DNA of 64,000 nt from Macrostomum hystrix (lineage: Eukaryota > Animalia > Platyhelminthes): contig CATNEN010000037.1 of NCBI GenBank assembly GCA_950097015.1, positions 434,001 through 498,000 on the forward strand, written 5' to 3'. Below, one piece after another: positions 1 through 12,052 of the stretch. The notes under the pieces are model-generated. The model was not told the origin of the DNA. It saw only the letters and a list, made by a program, of their open reading frames with translations, and ran no database searches. The position numbers were made by a program, and so were the translations under genes. Every line of letters begins with the position of its first letter. Position 1 is the stretch's first letter.

Positions 1-781
1 GAGATCGACAACGTCTGCGACCCGGATGTCAGGTGAGCAGTCTCAAATTATAACCTCCATTAATGAGCTCTATTCGTACTTTATAATTTGTTTCTTCCTG
101 CAGTGCTGGCGACTGCTGCTTCGCCCTTCATCTGGACTAGGCTCAATTATATCTTTCTACTGTTTGCCAAAAGAAGCACAAAAGAACAAAAGAAGCAAGT
201 CTCACATTCGCAGAGCTCTCATTCTTGTTTCTATAAATAGAAATAAAATTTGTCGGAATTCAATGCAATTAACATTTGAAATGTTTACGGAATTATTCTG
301 GCACAGTTCGCCAATCACTCTGGAGCAGCTCGGCAGAATGCCCTACCTCGAGGCGGCAATCAAGGAGGCCCTACGGCTCTATCCTCCGGCGCCCTTAGTT
401 ACCCGCGTAGCAACCGAGGCCACAGGCCCGGTGACAATCGGCGGCTATCAAGTACCACCTGGCTATCCGGTCTACCTGTCGCTGCAGGCGGCGCATCTAC
501 TCTGCTTCAAGGACGGCGCGGAATTTCGACCTGAGAGGTTCCTGGCGGGGTTCGACCAGCAGCAGCGGCCGGGAGCTTTTGTCTATGGCCCATTCGGCTT
601 CGGAGAGAGGGCCTGCGCTGGCCAGAGACTAGCCATGCTCACCTCTAAATTGACACTGGCCCACCTGCTGAGGGCCTTCCGGTTGCGCTACCCGGCCGAG
701 CTGTGCTTTCATACCGTGCAGGTTGGCTCGCTGAAGCCATTGCGCGGTGTGCCGGTGATGCTGGAGATGAGGCGGCAATGA
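1..781 (+). CDS. Cytochrome P450, 3' part (last two exons: <1..32, 307..781)
   Basis: Intron 33..306 (GTGAG...GCACAG) joins EIDNVCDPDV-S-SPITLEQLGRMPYLEAAIKEALRLYPP. K-helix ExxR (EALR), PERF and heme motif FGFGERACAG present; stop TGA 779-781. Family not assignable by eye. Confidence 0.93.
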   Translation, partial: RSTTSATRMSGEQSQIITSINELYSYFIICFFLQCWRLLLRPSSGLGSIISFYCLPKEAQKNKRSKSHIRRALILVSINRNKICRNSMQLTFEMFTELFWHSSPITLEQLGRMPYLEAAIKEALRLYPPAPLVTRVATEATGPVTIGGYQVPPGYPVYLSLQAAHLLCFKDGAEFRPERFLAGFDQQQRPGAFVYGPFGFGERACAGQRLAMLTSKLTLAHLLRAFRLRYPAELCFHTVQVGSLKPLRGVPVMLEMRRQ

Positions 782-1851
782 CCGGAATCGAACTGACTCA
801 CCCCAGATGGAACGCTATTTTTGTTGTGTACTTTAAAGCTCAGATTCTCGAGGTCATGTTCGATAGTATTTTCATTATTTTCCTATTTCTCGTCATATAT
901 CATGGTCATTGTGCCTTAAACTCAAAACAGGATTAGCCTAATTTTTCGTGAGTTGTTTCAGTGACTTTTCGTTATAAAAATTTTAAAATATTTAACAAAT
1001 TTGTTTTTCTACGTGTATCACATGCTTAAGTTAAACAAGTATTACCACGCCTGTAAAAGCATCATTAAATTGGTTCTTTATAACATGACTCTTCTAATAC
1101 CATTGTACAGTTGGTTTCAAATACTTTGATTTGTTTTCTAATGTACACGAGCAAAGGTCGCGATTCTTATTGTTTATAAACTTTATTCGTCCTATCATTT
1201 GCATATCTAAATGTGTTTTTCATCTCAAATAGCTGCTAAGTTATACTGTTTTTCTCATAAAAATTAATTTTTAAAATAGTGCTGCTAGGCAATGGGAACT
1301 GGCAAGTGAACATAACACTCGACCTTCTTTGACTACCTTAGGCCACTGCTATTAAATTCAGACTACTGTCTGCTAGTAGTGGTATACGCTTAAATAAGTG
1401 AGGTCATTTTTAAAAGATCTCTATGTTAATTTTGGCACTGCTCATATCTCATTAAAGCTTATCAAAACAATTAAAGTAATCGAGATAAATCAAATAAATG
1501 TAAAAAACTAATGAAATTTGGGTTTATACGAAACCGTTAATCTTACTGTGTTATATATTTGCTAATTGAGGATAATTAGCAAATATTCACGCATAAAATA
1601 CATGTTTAAAAGTAACCTGTATGCTTATTCTATTTAAAGAAATTTAAACACTTATCAATTAGTTTATAACATACAAGATATATAGTTGTATTAATTTGAC
1701 GAACACTACAAAGGAGAACTGCTGCATGGGTCTCCGCTTAACCCATATCTACAAGTCAACGAGGAATAACGGAATTAAGATGGTCACTGATAACAATCGG
1801 GAAAGCAAATTCGATTAAACTATATCAATGGTTGATGATTTATTGGTATTT

Positions 1852-2115
1852 AAACTGATACTTGCAGCCAATCAGCTAGTCTGAAAGGCATAATAGACAG
1901 AAAGGAATGAGAGTTGGGGTTTAGTTTTCTCGGAACTGATGCTTGCAGCCAATCAGCTCGTCTAGAAGGATATGAAAAAAGGAATGAGGGGTGGGGTTTG
2001 GTTTTCTTGGAACTGATCGATTCTTGCAGCCAATCAGCTAGTCTGGAAGGGATAGACAGTTAGAGAATTGGAGGTGGGTGGTCTTGGAGCTGACTCTTAC
2101 TGCCGTAAGCCAATC
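1852..2115. repeat. Diverged ~80-bp repeat, 3-4 copies, each with a GCAGCCAATCAGCT core
   Basis: GAACTGAT..CTTGCAGCCAATCAGCT.GTCT recurs near 1855, 1935 and 2015, with a degenerate copy near 2090; lies between the convergent CYP and ZMYND12 3' ends. Confidence 0.6.
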
Positions 2116-2274
2116 AACGAAAATTATAAGTTAAAACTGGAGCCAGTAACAACAAACATTGACATTTAATTGATTCTACAAAATAGATAGTTAAGTTATT
2201 TATGAACAAAAGGCTGAAATTCATATCATTTAAAAAGAAGAAACTATCACGATTTAGCGATGTCCAGCTTGGTA

Positions 2275-5200
2275 CTACTGCATCGCGGCGCGAATGTGCC
2301 TATAGTGACCGGCGATGTCTTCCGCCGCCTCCTGAGTGCCCGGAGAATCACTTAGGCCAGCGTTGGCCAGCAGTTCAGATGTCTTGGACTCGAAGATGGC
2401 AGCCTTGGATTCGAAATGAAGTTAAAATACTGTTTAGAATGGAAATGATTTGCACTTTGTGTTTCTGTGATATCTAATCAGTAGTTATTAGAAATAATGA
2501 AAAACCTTCGGAATTTTCATTTGTTCAATATCCGCCTCATATTGGGGGAATATTGTCATGAGAATCGAGCCCTCACCTTCTCCCGATCACCTAGAACAAA
2601 GTAGAGCATGAGTAGGCACAGCGCCACTTTTGTCGTGTAGATTCGCCGACCCTCCCAGGCGGCCTCGTCCGACGAAGCCTCGCCCTCCGTCAGCAGGCCG
2701 AAGATGGCGTGCAGAATCTTGACGGCCTCCGCTTGTTGCGCCTCATCTGCGAATTCCCATGTGGGGAATGTTGCATATATTTTTAGGCGTATATGCTTAG
2801 ATTTCTACTATTAGTAGGATACTGAACAAAAATCAAAAGAAATAATTTAAACTAGATTATAAAAATATCATTCTACTATCAGTAGGGTATTTTGAGCATT
2901 AGTAGCGACTCAACACGATAAAATTTAGGCGGAGAATCGCAACATTTACACGTAGTATTGGAATGTCCATATTTTAACGATCTAAAATACAGATCTATAC
3001 ATTTTCGAATGAGTATATTCTAATACATTTAAAATACGCAAAATTTCATATTTGTAGTACCATTATAAAATGGAGAGAGACAAGACAAACAGATCCCCTA
3101 ATTGCGCTTTTTTGAAGCTAAGCATTTTTTCTATGGGGGGAGCAGTTGTGTTTGTGGCAGGTACCATTCTTTCGCCAAGGTAAAAGTACAAGTGAAAAGC
3201 CGTAGCTGATTTCCGATCATTTTTACCGCTATGAGGCCAATTAGGAAATTCGTTGCTTGAAAGTAACTGAAAGAACTTAAAAAAGCATCACAATTCCAGC
3301 CTAAAAAGAAACTAAGATTGCGAATAAAGCAACAAAATTTTGTGTTAAAACAGATCCTTCTGTAGTGCATATGATTGCCTCGTTTGGTTATAATGTTTTT
3401 GAAATAAATTAACAAAGACAAATGGACGACTATAAAACCGTTTTGAAATGGCTACGAAAAGTACAGACTTATGCTTACCAGTGAATGCGACTGAAATAAA
3501 AGAAGATGTGTCCTGTTAAATACTGTTTAAATAAGTGCATTTTTTAAAGCTGAAATAAATAACGGGTTTTTAGTTCGGCTGAATCTCTGAATTAAAAATA
3601 ATAAAAAAAAACCGTTTGGACGGCCCAACTATGCGACAATTTAAGTAAACTTCAATCCTCTCTAAATTCAGTTGCTTAAATTCAATGTCATGTCTGCATT
3701 CAAACCATCTGGGCTGAATCTAGAATCTAATTGTAGAAGAAAACCTAACGAAACTAGTGAATCAACTAACTCTAACAACACTGACACGAGCAGTGCTTCT
3801 CAAAAAGCAAAAACCAACCGTGAAAGGCAGTAGCTCTAAATTCAATGAAAACGAATTAGCCATTCTGCACCTTAACTGTAACAGCATCTGGAATAAAATC
3901 TGGGAACTTAGAGACTATTTGAGAAATCACAACATAGACATTGCACTCCTCTCTGAGACAACTCTCAAGGAACCCGATCACGTACACTTTCCTGGCTACT
4001 CAACAATCAGACTAGACACGCCTCAATGTAGACGTGGTCTACTCATCGCTCACCGTGAATTCATCAAAGTCAGCACTGTCTGTGCTCACTACGACGGGAC
4101 AAATCATGAATACATCTCTATCACCATCGACACCAACGGCAACGGAAACGAGCTTCCTCAACTCACCATCACCCTCTTCTATAGGGCACCAACACCGGAG
4201 ACTCTCAACACCAACATCCTTGACACTCTTCTATCATCGACTCACAGCCTCATTCTTGGAGACTTCAACTGCAGAATGGCGGCTCTACAGGGCGAAAGCC
4301 CAGAAAACTTCACAGGTAAAGAACTCTACCACTGGCTCACCGAATCTGATTCACCTCCTGTTCTTCTCAACGAACCAGGACAATTCACGAGATACGCAAA
4401 AAGAGCGGAGAAACATCTAGGCAACGTACTCGACCTAGGCATCTGCACAAAGGATCTTGCACCATACATCAGTCACTTTGAAATAATCGACGACCTCAAC
4501 AGTGACCATCTCCCTCAACTTGTAAAAATCTCAATCAAACCAAAAAACAAAAAGCCTCTGGGTCCACCCAAATGCTACAATAAAACAGACTGGGAAAAAT
4601 TTCATATAGAGTTTGAAGACAAAATCACAACACTGTGGAATAGCGACTTCAACCCGAGAACAACACACGAGATCGACACGGCCATCGACACATTCACCGA
4701 CGTCCTCAAGCTCACCATCGACAAGGTAGTGCCAAACTTCAGCGGCAGAGAAGAACTACCTCAGCACATCATCCAGCTCATCAGGAATAGGCGTAGACTT
4801 AGGAAGCTGTACCACCAAACTAGAATAGATGAATTCAGAGTCTCAGCCAACGGACTAGCATCGCAGATCAGAAAGGAGATCCAGCACTACAGGGTCAGCA
4901 GATTCAACAACCTGTGCGACAAAATCACTCAAGCCAGTCTAAAATTTAACAATAACAAATTTTGGAGGGATATCCGTATCATAATGGGCACCCAAAGGCA
5001 ACCAACTAAATTTCCAAACTTAGTTTACAATAATGCTACTGCCTACACGGACTATGATAAAGCTAACCTACTAGCTAAATCACTCAATGACAAAATGAGG
5101 CCAGAACCTAGTACCTCTAGGAGTTTTGTGAACAAAGTGGCCACCATCACTAGCAATAGCACCAACTTCCAGCCGCTAAACAACCTAGACCCCAACCAAA

Positions 5201-8200
5201 TACAATCCGAGGAAACAAACACCTATCTCACGGAACCAATAAGAATAGCAGACGTCACCTGGGAATTAGCTCACCTTAGGTCAGGAGGAGCCCCGGGACC
5301 GGATGGTATTCCCAACATCATCCTCAAGAAAGGTCTCAGCCCATCATCCATCATAGTGCTCACCAAAATCCTAGACAACTGTCTCAAACTAGGCTATTTC
5401 CCAAAAGCCTGGAAAATAGCCCACACCACTATGCTCCACAAACCAGAAAAACCCAAAAAAGACCCACTCAGTTACAGGCCCATCAGTCTGACCTCCTGCA
5501 TAGGAAAAGTGTTTGAGAAAATCCTGAAAAGGCGGCTGTATAAATTTCTAGAAGAAAATAACACACTGGGACACAACCAATGTGCCTATAGAGAGAGGCA
5601 CTGCTCGTATGACAACCTAGCCAGACTTGTCCATGACATAATGGAAGGAAAAACAAAAAACAGATCAACTATCGGAGTATTCTTTGATGTGGAAGGAGCC
5701 TTTGATAAAATCTGGCATGACGCACTACGCTACAGACTCCAAAAGATCAAGCTACCCACCAGGTTGACTAGGATCTTCTCCAACTACATGTCAGACCGTG
5801 AGATCGCTGTGAGAGTAAACGGTCAACTCAGTGAATACTTCACGCCTGAGGCTGGAGTTCCTCAGGGTGGAGTTCTCAGCCCCATCCTATTCCTCATTGT
5901 GGTTGCCACAATGCCCAAACCCAAAGACATCAGAGTTAGAGCCAGTCAGTTCGCCGACGACACATCAATCTGGTGCCAGTCACTCAAAGCCAGTGTAGCT
6001 GCCAAACTCATTCAAGACTTCATCGAAGACTACCAAAAATGGCTAGGAAAATATGGCATCAAAGTCAATCCTAGCAAGAGCAAAGCCATCGCCTTCATCC
6101 ACAGAACCAAGAACTTCGGTCAGCCTCCTCCTATCACCTTCAACGGGACCGTCATCAACTATCAACCTGGTGTCAAATTCCTTGGAGTCACTCTTGATCC
6201 TCAACTCATTCTCACTGCTCACTGCTCCAACATTCTCAAAACCTGCGACCTGAGAGTCCTACAACTGCTCAGAGTAGCACAACTCACCAGAGCCACCACC
6301 AACTCACTCATCGCCATCTACAGAGCCTACATCGAAAGCATCATCACCTATGCCTCACCTATCCTCACTCTTCTTGGCAAAAGCTACCTTGGCAAACTGC
6401 AAATTATCCAAAATCGTGCTCTGCGTCACTGCCATAGCGCACCAAAATATTGCAAGGCCTCCTTCCTGCAAAAACTTTCTAAAGTAGAACCAATTAAGGC
6501 AAGAATCGATGACCTAGCCAGTAGGTGGTTCCTGCGGGCTAAGGCCAACAAAATTCACGGACTAGAAAGCGTGACAGACATCTCGCTAGCAAAAAGGACC
6601 AGAGTACCTCTGTTCCAACAACTGAAAAAGCTTAGTGAAAAATAGAGAGGAAACACTCAAGCCCAGATGGCCAAATATTAATTTAAATATTAATTTAAAT
6701 GTTAACTTTCATTGCTTACTACTCACTAACTACTTACATTCTACTTATATATGCCATGATAAATTTAACTATGCCAACAATTGCCTACTAACTAAAATTG
6801 CATGTAAAACCAAAAAGGAACATGCTGGAGTCATAAACTACACTAATAATACCATCTGGGTCAGCTCAGAAGCAAATGGTAAAAACCGACCCAACTCTCT
6901 TATATAGGCACACCGTCAACCATTGCTATATTATATAGACCAGACTGTTCTCACCCCCCTACATGGTGGTAAGAAATTTAGTCAACAAAAACTTAGCTCG
7001 CTACTTACAGTAGACCTAGCATGTTCCTAAATTTAATAAATTAACTCAGAATTAATTATAATTCTTAAACGGTCCTGTGCAGGCGGGGGTTTTTGGTGGG
7101 GGTTTTTCACACCTCAGACCTTCGATCAAATCAAAATAATAATCAATAACTAAGCCAAAAATGCCGAAATTATGATAAACTCTAAAAGTAAAAGTCCAAA
7201 ATTAACTCAACTTTGTGATATCCCGCGCACTGAGGTGTTTTCCCACACCTTTTTTCCCTCGCACTCTGCACACGACCCTTGTTTTATTTGTTTTATTATA
7301 GATTTGCACCCACTTTCCTGTTATTTGCTCACCATGCATGCCTATCTTTGCCTACGTGAATGCCCAAAAACTTCAGAAAAGTAACAATCCAAACTCAAAT
7401 ACAATTTATAATTTAGTAGCGTAAGAGCTTCGGCTGATGCGCGGGGAGCAGGTGTTAAACCCTGTGTTTTACCCCAAACATAGTAACAACAAACAAACAA
7501 AAAATACTGTTTAAATAAGTGCATTTTTTAAAGCTGAAATAAATAACGGGTTTTTAGTTCGGCTGAATCTCTGAATTAAAAATAAACCAATTCTTTAAAA
7601 GCTTCCTTATTAAAATCAGGAATAGGAAAACTCTGACCCGTGTGCCTGACACATCTTTAACTGTCTCATCTCCGCCGTGTCTCATCTGACCCGCGTATAA
7701 TCTCACCCGCGTATAATCTCACCCGCGTATAATCTCACCCGCGTATAATCTCACCCGCGTATAATCTCACCCGCGTATAATCTCACCCGCGTATAATCTC
7801 ACCCGCGTATAATCTCACCCGCGTATAATCTCACCCGCGTATAATCTCACCCGCGTATAATCTCACCCGCGTCTAATCTCACCCGTGTCACATCTCACCC
7901 GCGAATAATCTCACCCGCGTATAATCTCACCCGTGTCTCATCTCACCCGTGTCTCATCTCACCCGTTTCACATCTCACCCGTGTCACATCTCACCCGTGT
8001 CTCATCTCACCCGTGTCTCATCTCACCCGTGTCTCATCTCACCCGTGTCTCATCTCACCCGTGTCACATCTCAGTCGTGTCACATCTCATCCGTGTCTTA
8101 TCTCAGTCGTGTCTCATCTCACCCGTGTCTTATCTCACCCGTGTCGCATTTCTTCCGGGTCTCATCTACCCTGTGTCTCATCTCACCCGAGTCTCATCTC

Positions 8201-11200
8201 ACCCGAGTCTCATCTCACCCGTATCTCATCTCTCCCGTGTCTCATCTCACCCGTGTCACATCTCAGCCGTGTCTCATCTCAGCCGTGTCTTATCTCACCC
8301 GTGTCTCATCTCACCCGTGTCTCATCTCACCCGTGTCACATCTCAGTCGTGTCACATCTCACCCGTGTCTTATCTCAGTCGTGTCACAGCTCACCCGTGT
8401 CACATCTCACCCGTGTCACATCTCACCCGTGTCTCATCTCACCCGTGTCTCATCTCACCCGTGTCTCATCTCACCCGTGTCTCATCTCACCCGTGTCACA
8501 TCTCAGTCGTGTCACATCTCACCCGTGTCTTATCTCAGTCGTGTCTCATCTCACCCGTGTCTTATCTCACCCGTGTCGCATTTCTTCCGGGTCTCATCTA
8601 CCCTGTGTCTCATCTCACCCGAGTCTCATCTCACCCGAGTCTCATCTCACCCGTATCTCATCTCTCCCGTGTCTCATCTCACCCGTGTCACATCTCAGCC
8701 GTGTCTCATCTCAGCCGTGTCTTATCTCACCCGTGTCTCATCTCACCCGTGTCTCATCTCACCCGTGTCACATCTCAGTCGTGTCACATCTCACCCGTGT
8801 CTTATCTCAGTCGTGTCACAGCTCACCCGTGTCACATCTCACCCGTGTCACATCTCACCCGTGTCTCATCTCACCCGTGTCTCATCTCACCCGTGTCTCA
8901 TCTCACCCGTGTCTCATCTCACCCGTGTCACATCTCAGTCGTGTCACATCTCACCCGTGTCTTATCTCAGTCGTGTCTCATCTCACCCGTGTCTTATCTC
9001 ACCCGTGTCGCATTTCTTCCGGGTCTCATCTACCCTGTGTCTCATCTCACCCGAGTCTCATCTCACCCGAGTCTCATCTCACCCGTGTCTCATCTCACCC
9101 GTGTCTCATCTCACCCGTATCTCATCTCTCCCGTGTCTCATCTCACCCGTGGGTTCCTATTACAATTTCTCATTTCTCCACTCTTTCAATAATCCTGTCC
9201 CAACTCTCTCCCATCAATCAGGCGCGCGGTCGTCTCTTAAATTGGGCCGTGCACTTTTGTATTTGCACGCCGACTCACGATATACAAGTCTAGTAGAATC
9301 AAGGTTATTATTAATAACTTAAACAAACGAATCAGAACTTTCACACCAACTAAAAGCCTCACCCAGGTGCTCCTTTTCTTCCTGAGTGATTTCGGCGACA
9401 ACTTCGCCCAATCCATCCGGAATGTCCGGCGGAGCGGTGACAGCCTGCACAATGCGCCACAAATGATCATACCAGATGTTAATCACCTGCGAAAAAGATA
9501 AGTTTCATTGGGTAAAAATAGAATTTTAAAGTCTTTATGATTAAAAAAGAATAATAATACTAACTCGGCCAAACAGATCATAGGCTATCTCCGGCTTGTT
9601 CTTGTACATGAAGATATTCGCCATACTGAAGTAACCGCCCGACACCCTGATGTCCTCTGTGCCGTACTCGTCCGAGGCGTGAAATATCTGAGGAACAAGA
9701 TTGGGTAGGCTTGGAGATTGGGTAGGCTTGGAGATTGGGTAGGCTTGGAGATTGGGTAGGCTTGGAGATTGGGTAGGCTTGGAGATTGGGTAGGCTTGGA
9801 GATTGGGTAGGCTTGGAGATTGGGTAGGCTTGGAGATTGGGTAGGCTTGGAGATTGGGTAGGCTTGGAGATTGGGTAGGCTTGGAGATTGGGTAGGCTTG
9901 GAGATTGGGTAGGCTTGGAGATTGGGTAGGCTTGGAGATTGGGTAGGCTTGGAGATTGGGTAGGCTTGGAGATTGGGTAGGCTTGGAGATTGGGTAGGCT
10001 TGGAGATTGGGTAGGCTTGGAGATTGGGTAGGCTTGGAGATTGGGTAGGCTTGGAGATTGGGTAGGCGTTGGGAAATCGGGAAATATTTCCTAAATAGTT
10101 GAACCATTAAAATCCATTTTAAGGTGAAGGTGCACAAGGGAAAACGTGGCCACAATGATCACTCACATCAATCGCCAGATTTTCCAACGCTCTAGAATAG
10201 TCGCCCTTGGCGGAGAACAGCAGGCCCAGATTTCTGTGCAGCTGAGATTTGATAGAGTTGGACGGGCTGGCAGTTTTCAGCACAGTCCACTGCGCCTGTG
10301 ACAAGTACTCCTCCGCCTGGCTCAGCCGCTGTAGGCCGATGCTGGCCTCGCCAAGGATCAGGTAGGAGGGCACGAGCTCAACGCTGGAGCTGCCGTGAAC
10401 GTCGATGGCAAATTTCAATGACTGCAGAGCGGCGGGCACAGCCTCCTCGAAGCGATTCTCAAACAGCAGTTTCTGGCCGGTGGTGCGCGTGATGGCGATC
10501 ATGCGTAACTGCTGCTGCGTCAGCTCCTCGCGCTTCTCCCGCCGATCCTGACCCGAGTTTGTGGCCGAAATTCAACGAAAACATATATCGAAAAACTTGA
10601 AATCTGAATGTATTATCATTTTTTTCAAACATGGAATTTGTAATTTACCTTTTCTGACGTGAGGAATGGCACTGGCTTGCGCAACACAGCCAACTCATCA
10701 CAGATCTTGGCGTGAATGCCCACCCAATCGGCTCGCTGATGCTCGGGGCCACTAAAAAATTGTTTTGCTCAGAACTCGCGACACTTTGTAATGACAATAA
10801 ACAGTATATAAATAGATAAAATGCTAGTTTTTATGACGCTAAAAAATAACGAGCTAAAAAAACACCATGTTTGAAACAATTTTGTAACAACAAAGCCATT
10901 TAATTATGGTACAAGTTAAATTTATTGTATTCGCACCAAAAAATTTCATTTATTGCCAAAAGTTAATATCAAAGCACTGAATTCTATTAATTTTTTTTTT
11001 ACTATTTGTACAGATGCAGCCAATTCGGCAATAACTTTTAAGTAATGCCATGTGTGTAAACGTGTAGTCACATTTAAAGGCAATATATTCTTTTAACCGC
11101 TCTTTCACTTCCAATATATATATTATTTTTAATGAATAGCAAAAAACTAAACATAAAAACTAATCATCAATGTCAATACACTGTTAAACTACGAGTATAA

Positions 11201-11522
11201 TCAGTCTACTTCGAAGTAAAAAAAGAAATAGTTTAGACACTTTCTTATTCTGAAGCTTAGAAAAGCGAAATGGTATTTTTGTGTTCTTTTTTCTTGATTT
11301 AGAACTCTTTCAGCAGAGCTAAAGCCAAACAGTTTGAGGGTATAATTAAATAATATCAAATAACCAGTTCCAACACTCAGTCACTCACCAATAGTAAGTA
11401 ACTCGACACTTTGAGCATTGGATAAAAGCTGGCTTCTGACAGAGCTCACAGAGTAAATCTGTACCTTTGGCGTTTGCCAAAGGGTATAATGGCGACACAT
11501 TCGCAGGAATACTGTCAGCCAT
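2275..11522 (-). CDS. ZMYND12: Zinc finger MYND domain-containing protein 12, 7 exons, 387 aa
   Basis: complement(join(2275..2403,2577..2746,9363..9486,9565..9687,10167..10547,10649..10751,11389..11522)); all introns GT-AG, phases consistent, 1164 nt. MYND finger CELCQKPAFIQCSKCRVTYYCGPEHQRADWVGIHAKIC; AVPAALQSL, ELVPSYLILGEASIGL, AEEYLSQAQWTVLK, TEDIRVSGGYF and LDEAQQAEAVKIL match human ZMYND12 as recalled. Confidence 0.95.
3602..7501 (+). mobile_element. Non-LTR retrotransposon (Jockey/I-group-like LINE) in ZMYND12 intron, antisense to host
   Basis: Flanked by identical 84-bp direct repeats (3518..3601, 7502..7585); contains a 962-codon APE+RT ORF; ~850-nt 3' UTR ending in an (AAAC)n/A-rich tail. 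Confidence 0.9.
3757..6645 (+). CDS. LINE ORF2: apurinic-like endonuclease + reverse transcriptase, uninterrupted
   Basis: EN motifs LHLNCNS, LLSET, GDFN, SDHLP; RT motifs YRPISLTSCIGKVFEK, FFDVEGAFDKIWH, GVPQGGVLSPILF, QFADD; C-terminal KLQIIQNRALR. No RNase H recognised. The listed start is GTG; the true start is unclear. Confidence 0.95.
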   Translation: MNQLTLTTLTRAVLLKKQKPTVKGSSSKFNENELAILHLNCNSIWNKIWELRDYLRNHNIDIALLSETTLKEPDHVHFPGYSTIRLDTPQCRRGLLIAHREFIKVSTVCAHYDGTNHEYISITIDTNGNGNELPQLTITLFYRAPTPETLNTNILDTLLSSTHSLILGDFNCRMAALQGESPENFTGKELYHWLTESDSPPVLLNEPGQFTRYAKRAEKHLGNVLDLGICTKDLAPYISHFEIIDDLNSDHLPQLVKISIKPKNKKPLGPPKCYNKTDWEKFHIEFEDKITTLWNSDFNPRTTHEIDTAIDTFTDVLKLTIDKVVPNFSGREELPQHIIQLIRNRRRLRKLYHQTRIDEFRVSANGLASQIRKEIQHYRVSRFNNLCDKITQASLKFNNNKFWRDIRIIMGTQRQPTKFPNLVYNNATAYTDYDKANLLAKSLNDKMRPEPSTSRSFVNKVATITSNSTNFQPLNNLDPNQIQSEETNTYLTEPIRIADVTWELAHLRSGGAPGPDGIPNIILKKGLSPSSIIVLTKILDNCLKLGYFPKAWKIAHTTMLHKPEKPKKDPLSYRPISLTSCIGKVFEKILKRRLYKFLEENNTLGHNQCAYRERHCSYDNLARLVHDIMEGKTKNRSTIGVFFDVEGAFDKIWHDALRYRLQKIKLPTRLTRIFSNYMSDREIAVRVNGQLSEYFTPEAGVPQGGVLSPILFLIVVATMPKPKDIRVRASQFADDTSIWCQSLKASVAAKLIQDFIEDYQKWLGKYGIKVNPSKSKAIAFIHRTKNFGQPPPITFNGTVINYQPGVKFLGVTLDPQLILTAHCSNILKTCDLRVLQLLRVAQLTRATTNSLIAIYRAYIESIITYASPILTLLGKSYLGKLQIIQNRALRHCHSAPKYCKASFLQKLSKVEPIKARIDDLASRWFLRAKANKIHGLESVTDISLAKRTRVPLFQQLKKLSEK
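7665..9150. repeat. 16-bp minisatellite (TCTCACCCGTGTCTCA; variant TCTCACCCGCGTATAA at left) with 432-bp higher-order repeat
   Basis: Tandem units seen directly; marker CGCATTTCTTCCGGG at 8145, 8577 and 9009. Confidence 0.95.
9701..10068. repeat. 17-bp minisatellite TTGGGTAGGCTTGGAGA in ZMYND12 intron 3
   Basis: About 21 near-perfect copies ending ~12 nt from the 3' splice site at 9688. Confidence 0.97.
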
Positions 11523-11878
11523 TCTTTGTATATTATGGTGCGAAAATGTGCTTTGTTTAGCTAAGCCAACCGCGCTTATATCAATGAATCAAACGATAAG
11601 TGTAATAATGCGTCCCGTTTAAATTGACACAGAAAGCATATCGATGGTAACAATGAGTTAAACAAATATCATATCATAGAATCATAGTATGTATTCCACT
11701 GAGCTTAAAAAAAACAAAATCTATTACCTAAAATAAAGAATTTTTTTAAAAGAATAATAATGTTAATAATATAATGTTATATAATAGAGTTGCAAAATAG
11801 CAAAAAGCCACCCGTGTACAGTACGTAATTAGGGGGAAACTACATACACTCGCAATGGTGTTATTCGCGATAACTACA

Positions 11879-12032
11879 CAGGGGCGTAGCCAGGATTTTT
11901 GTTCTATCCAGCGTATCCAGAATAAAAAACAATTAATTCATTTCTTTCGAAGAAACTGAATGCGAAAAAATGTGAGACATCAAATTTTGGGGGTATCGGC
12001 CGATACACCGATACCCCCTCGCTACGCCACTG
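11879..12032. mobile_element. 154-bp hAT-type MITE
   Basis: TIR CAGGGGCGTAGC / GCTACGCCACTG (1 mismatch); 8-bp TSD TAACTACA at 11871..11878 and 12033..12040. An 8-bp TSD is typical of hAT. Confidence 0.85.
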
Positions 12033-12052
12033 TAACTACACGTATACATGTT

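Noticed and set aside
3131-3421. 96-aa minus-strand ORF and similar AT-rich short ORFs (e.g. 12549-13155, 54691-55074)
   Set aside because: AT-rich, unlike the GC-rich codon style of real exons; no recognisable motifs.
7933-9322. Long ORFs in three frames (SHLTRV repeats)
   Set aside because: Product of a stop-free 16-bp minisatellite inside a ZMYND12 intron.
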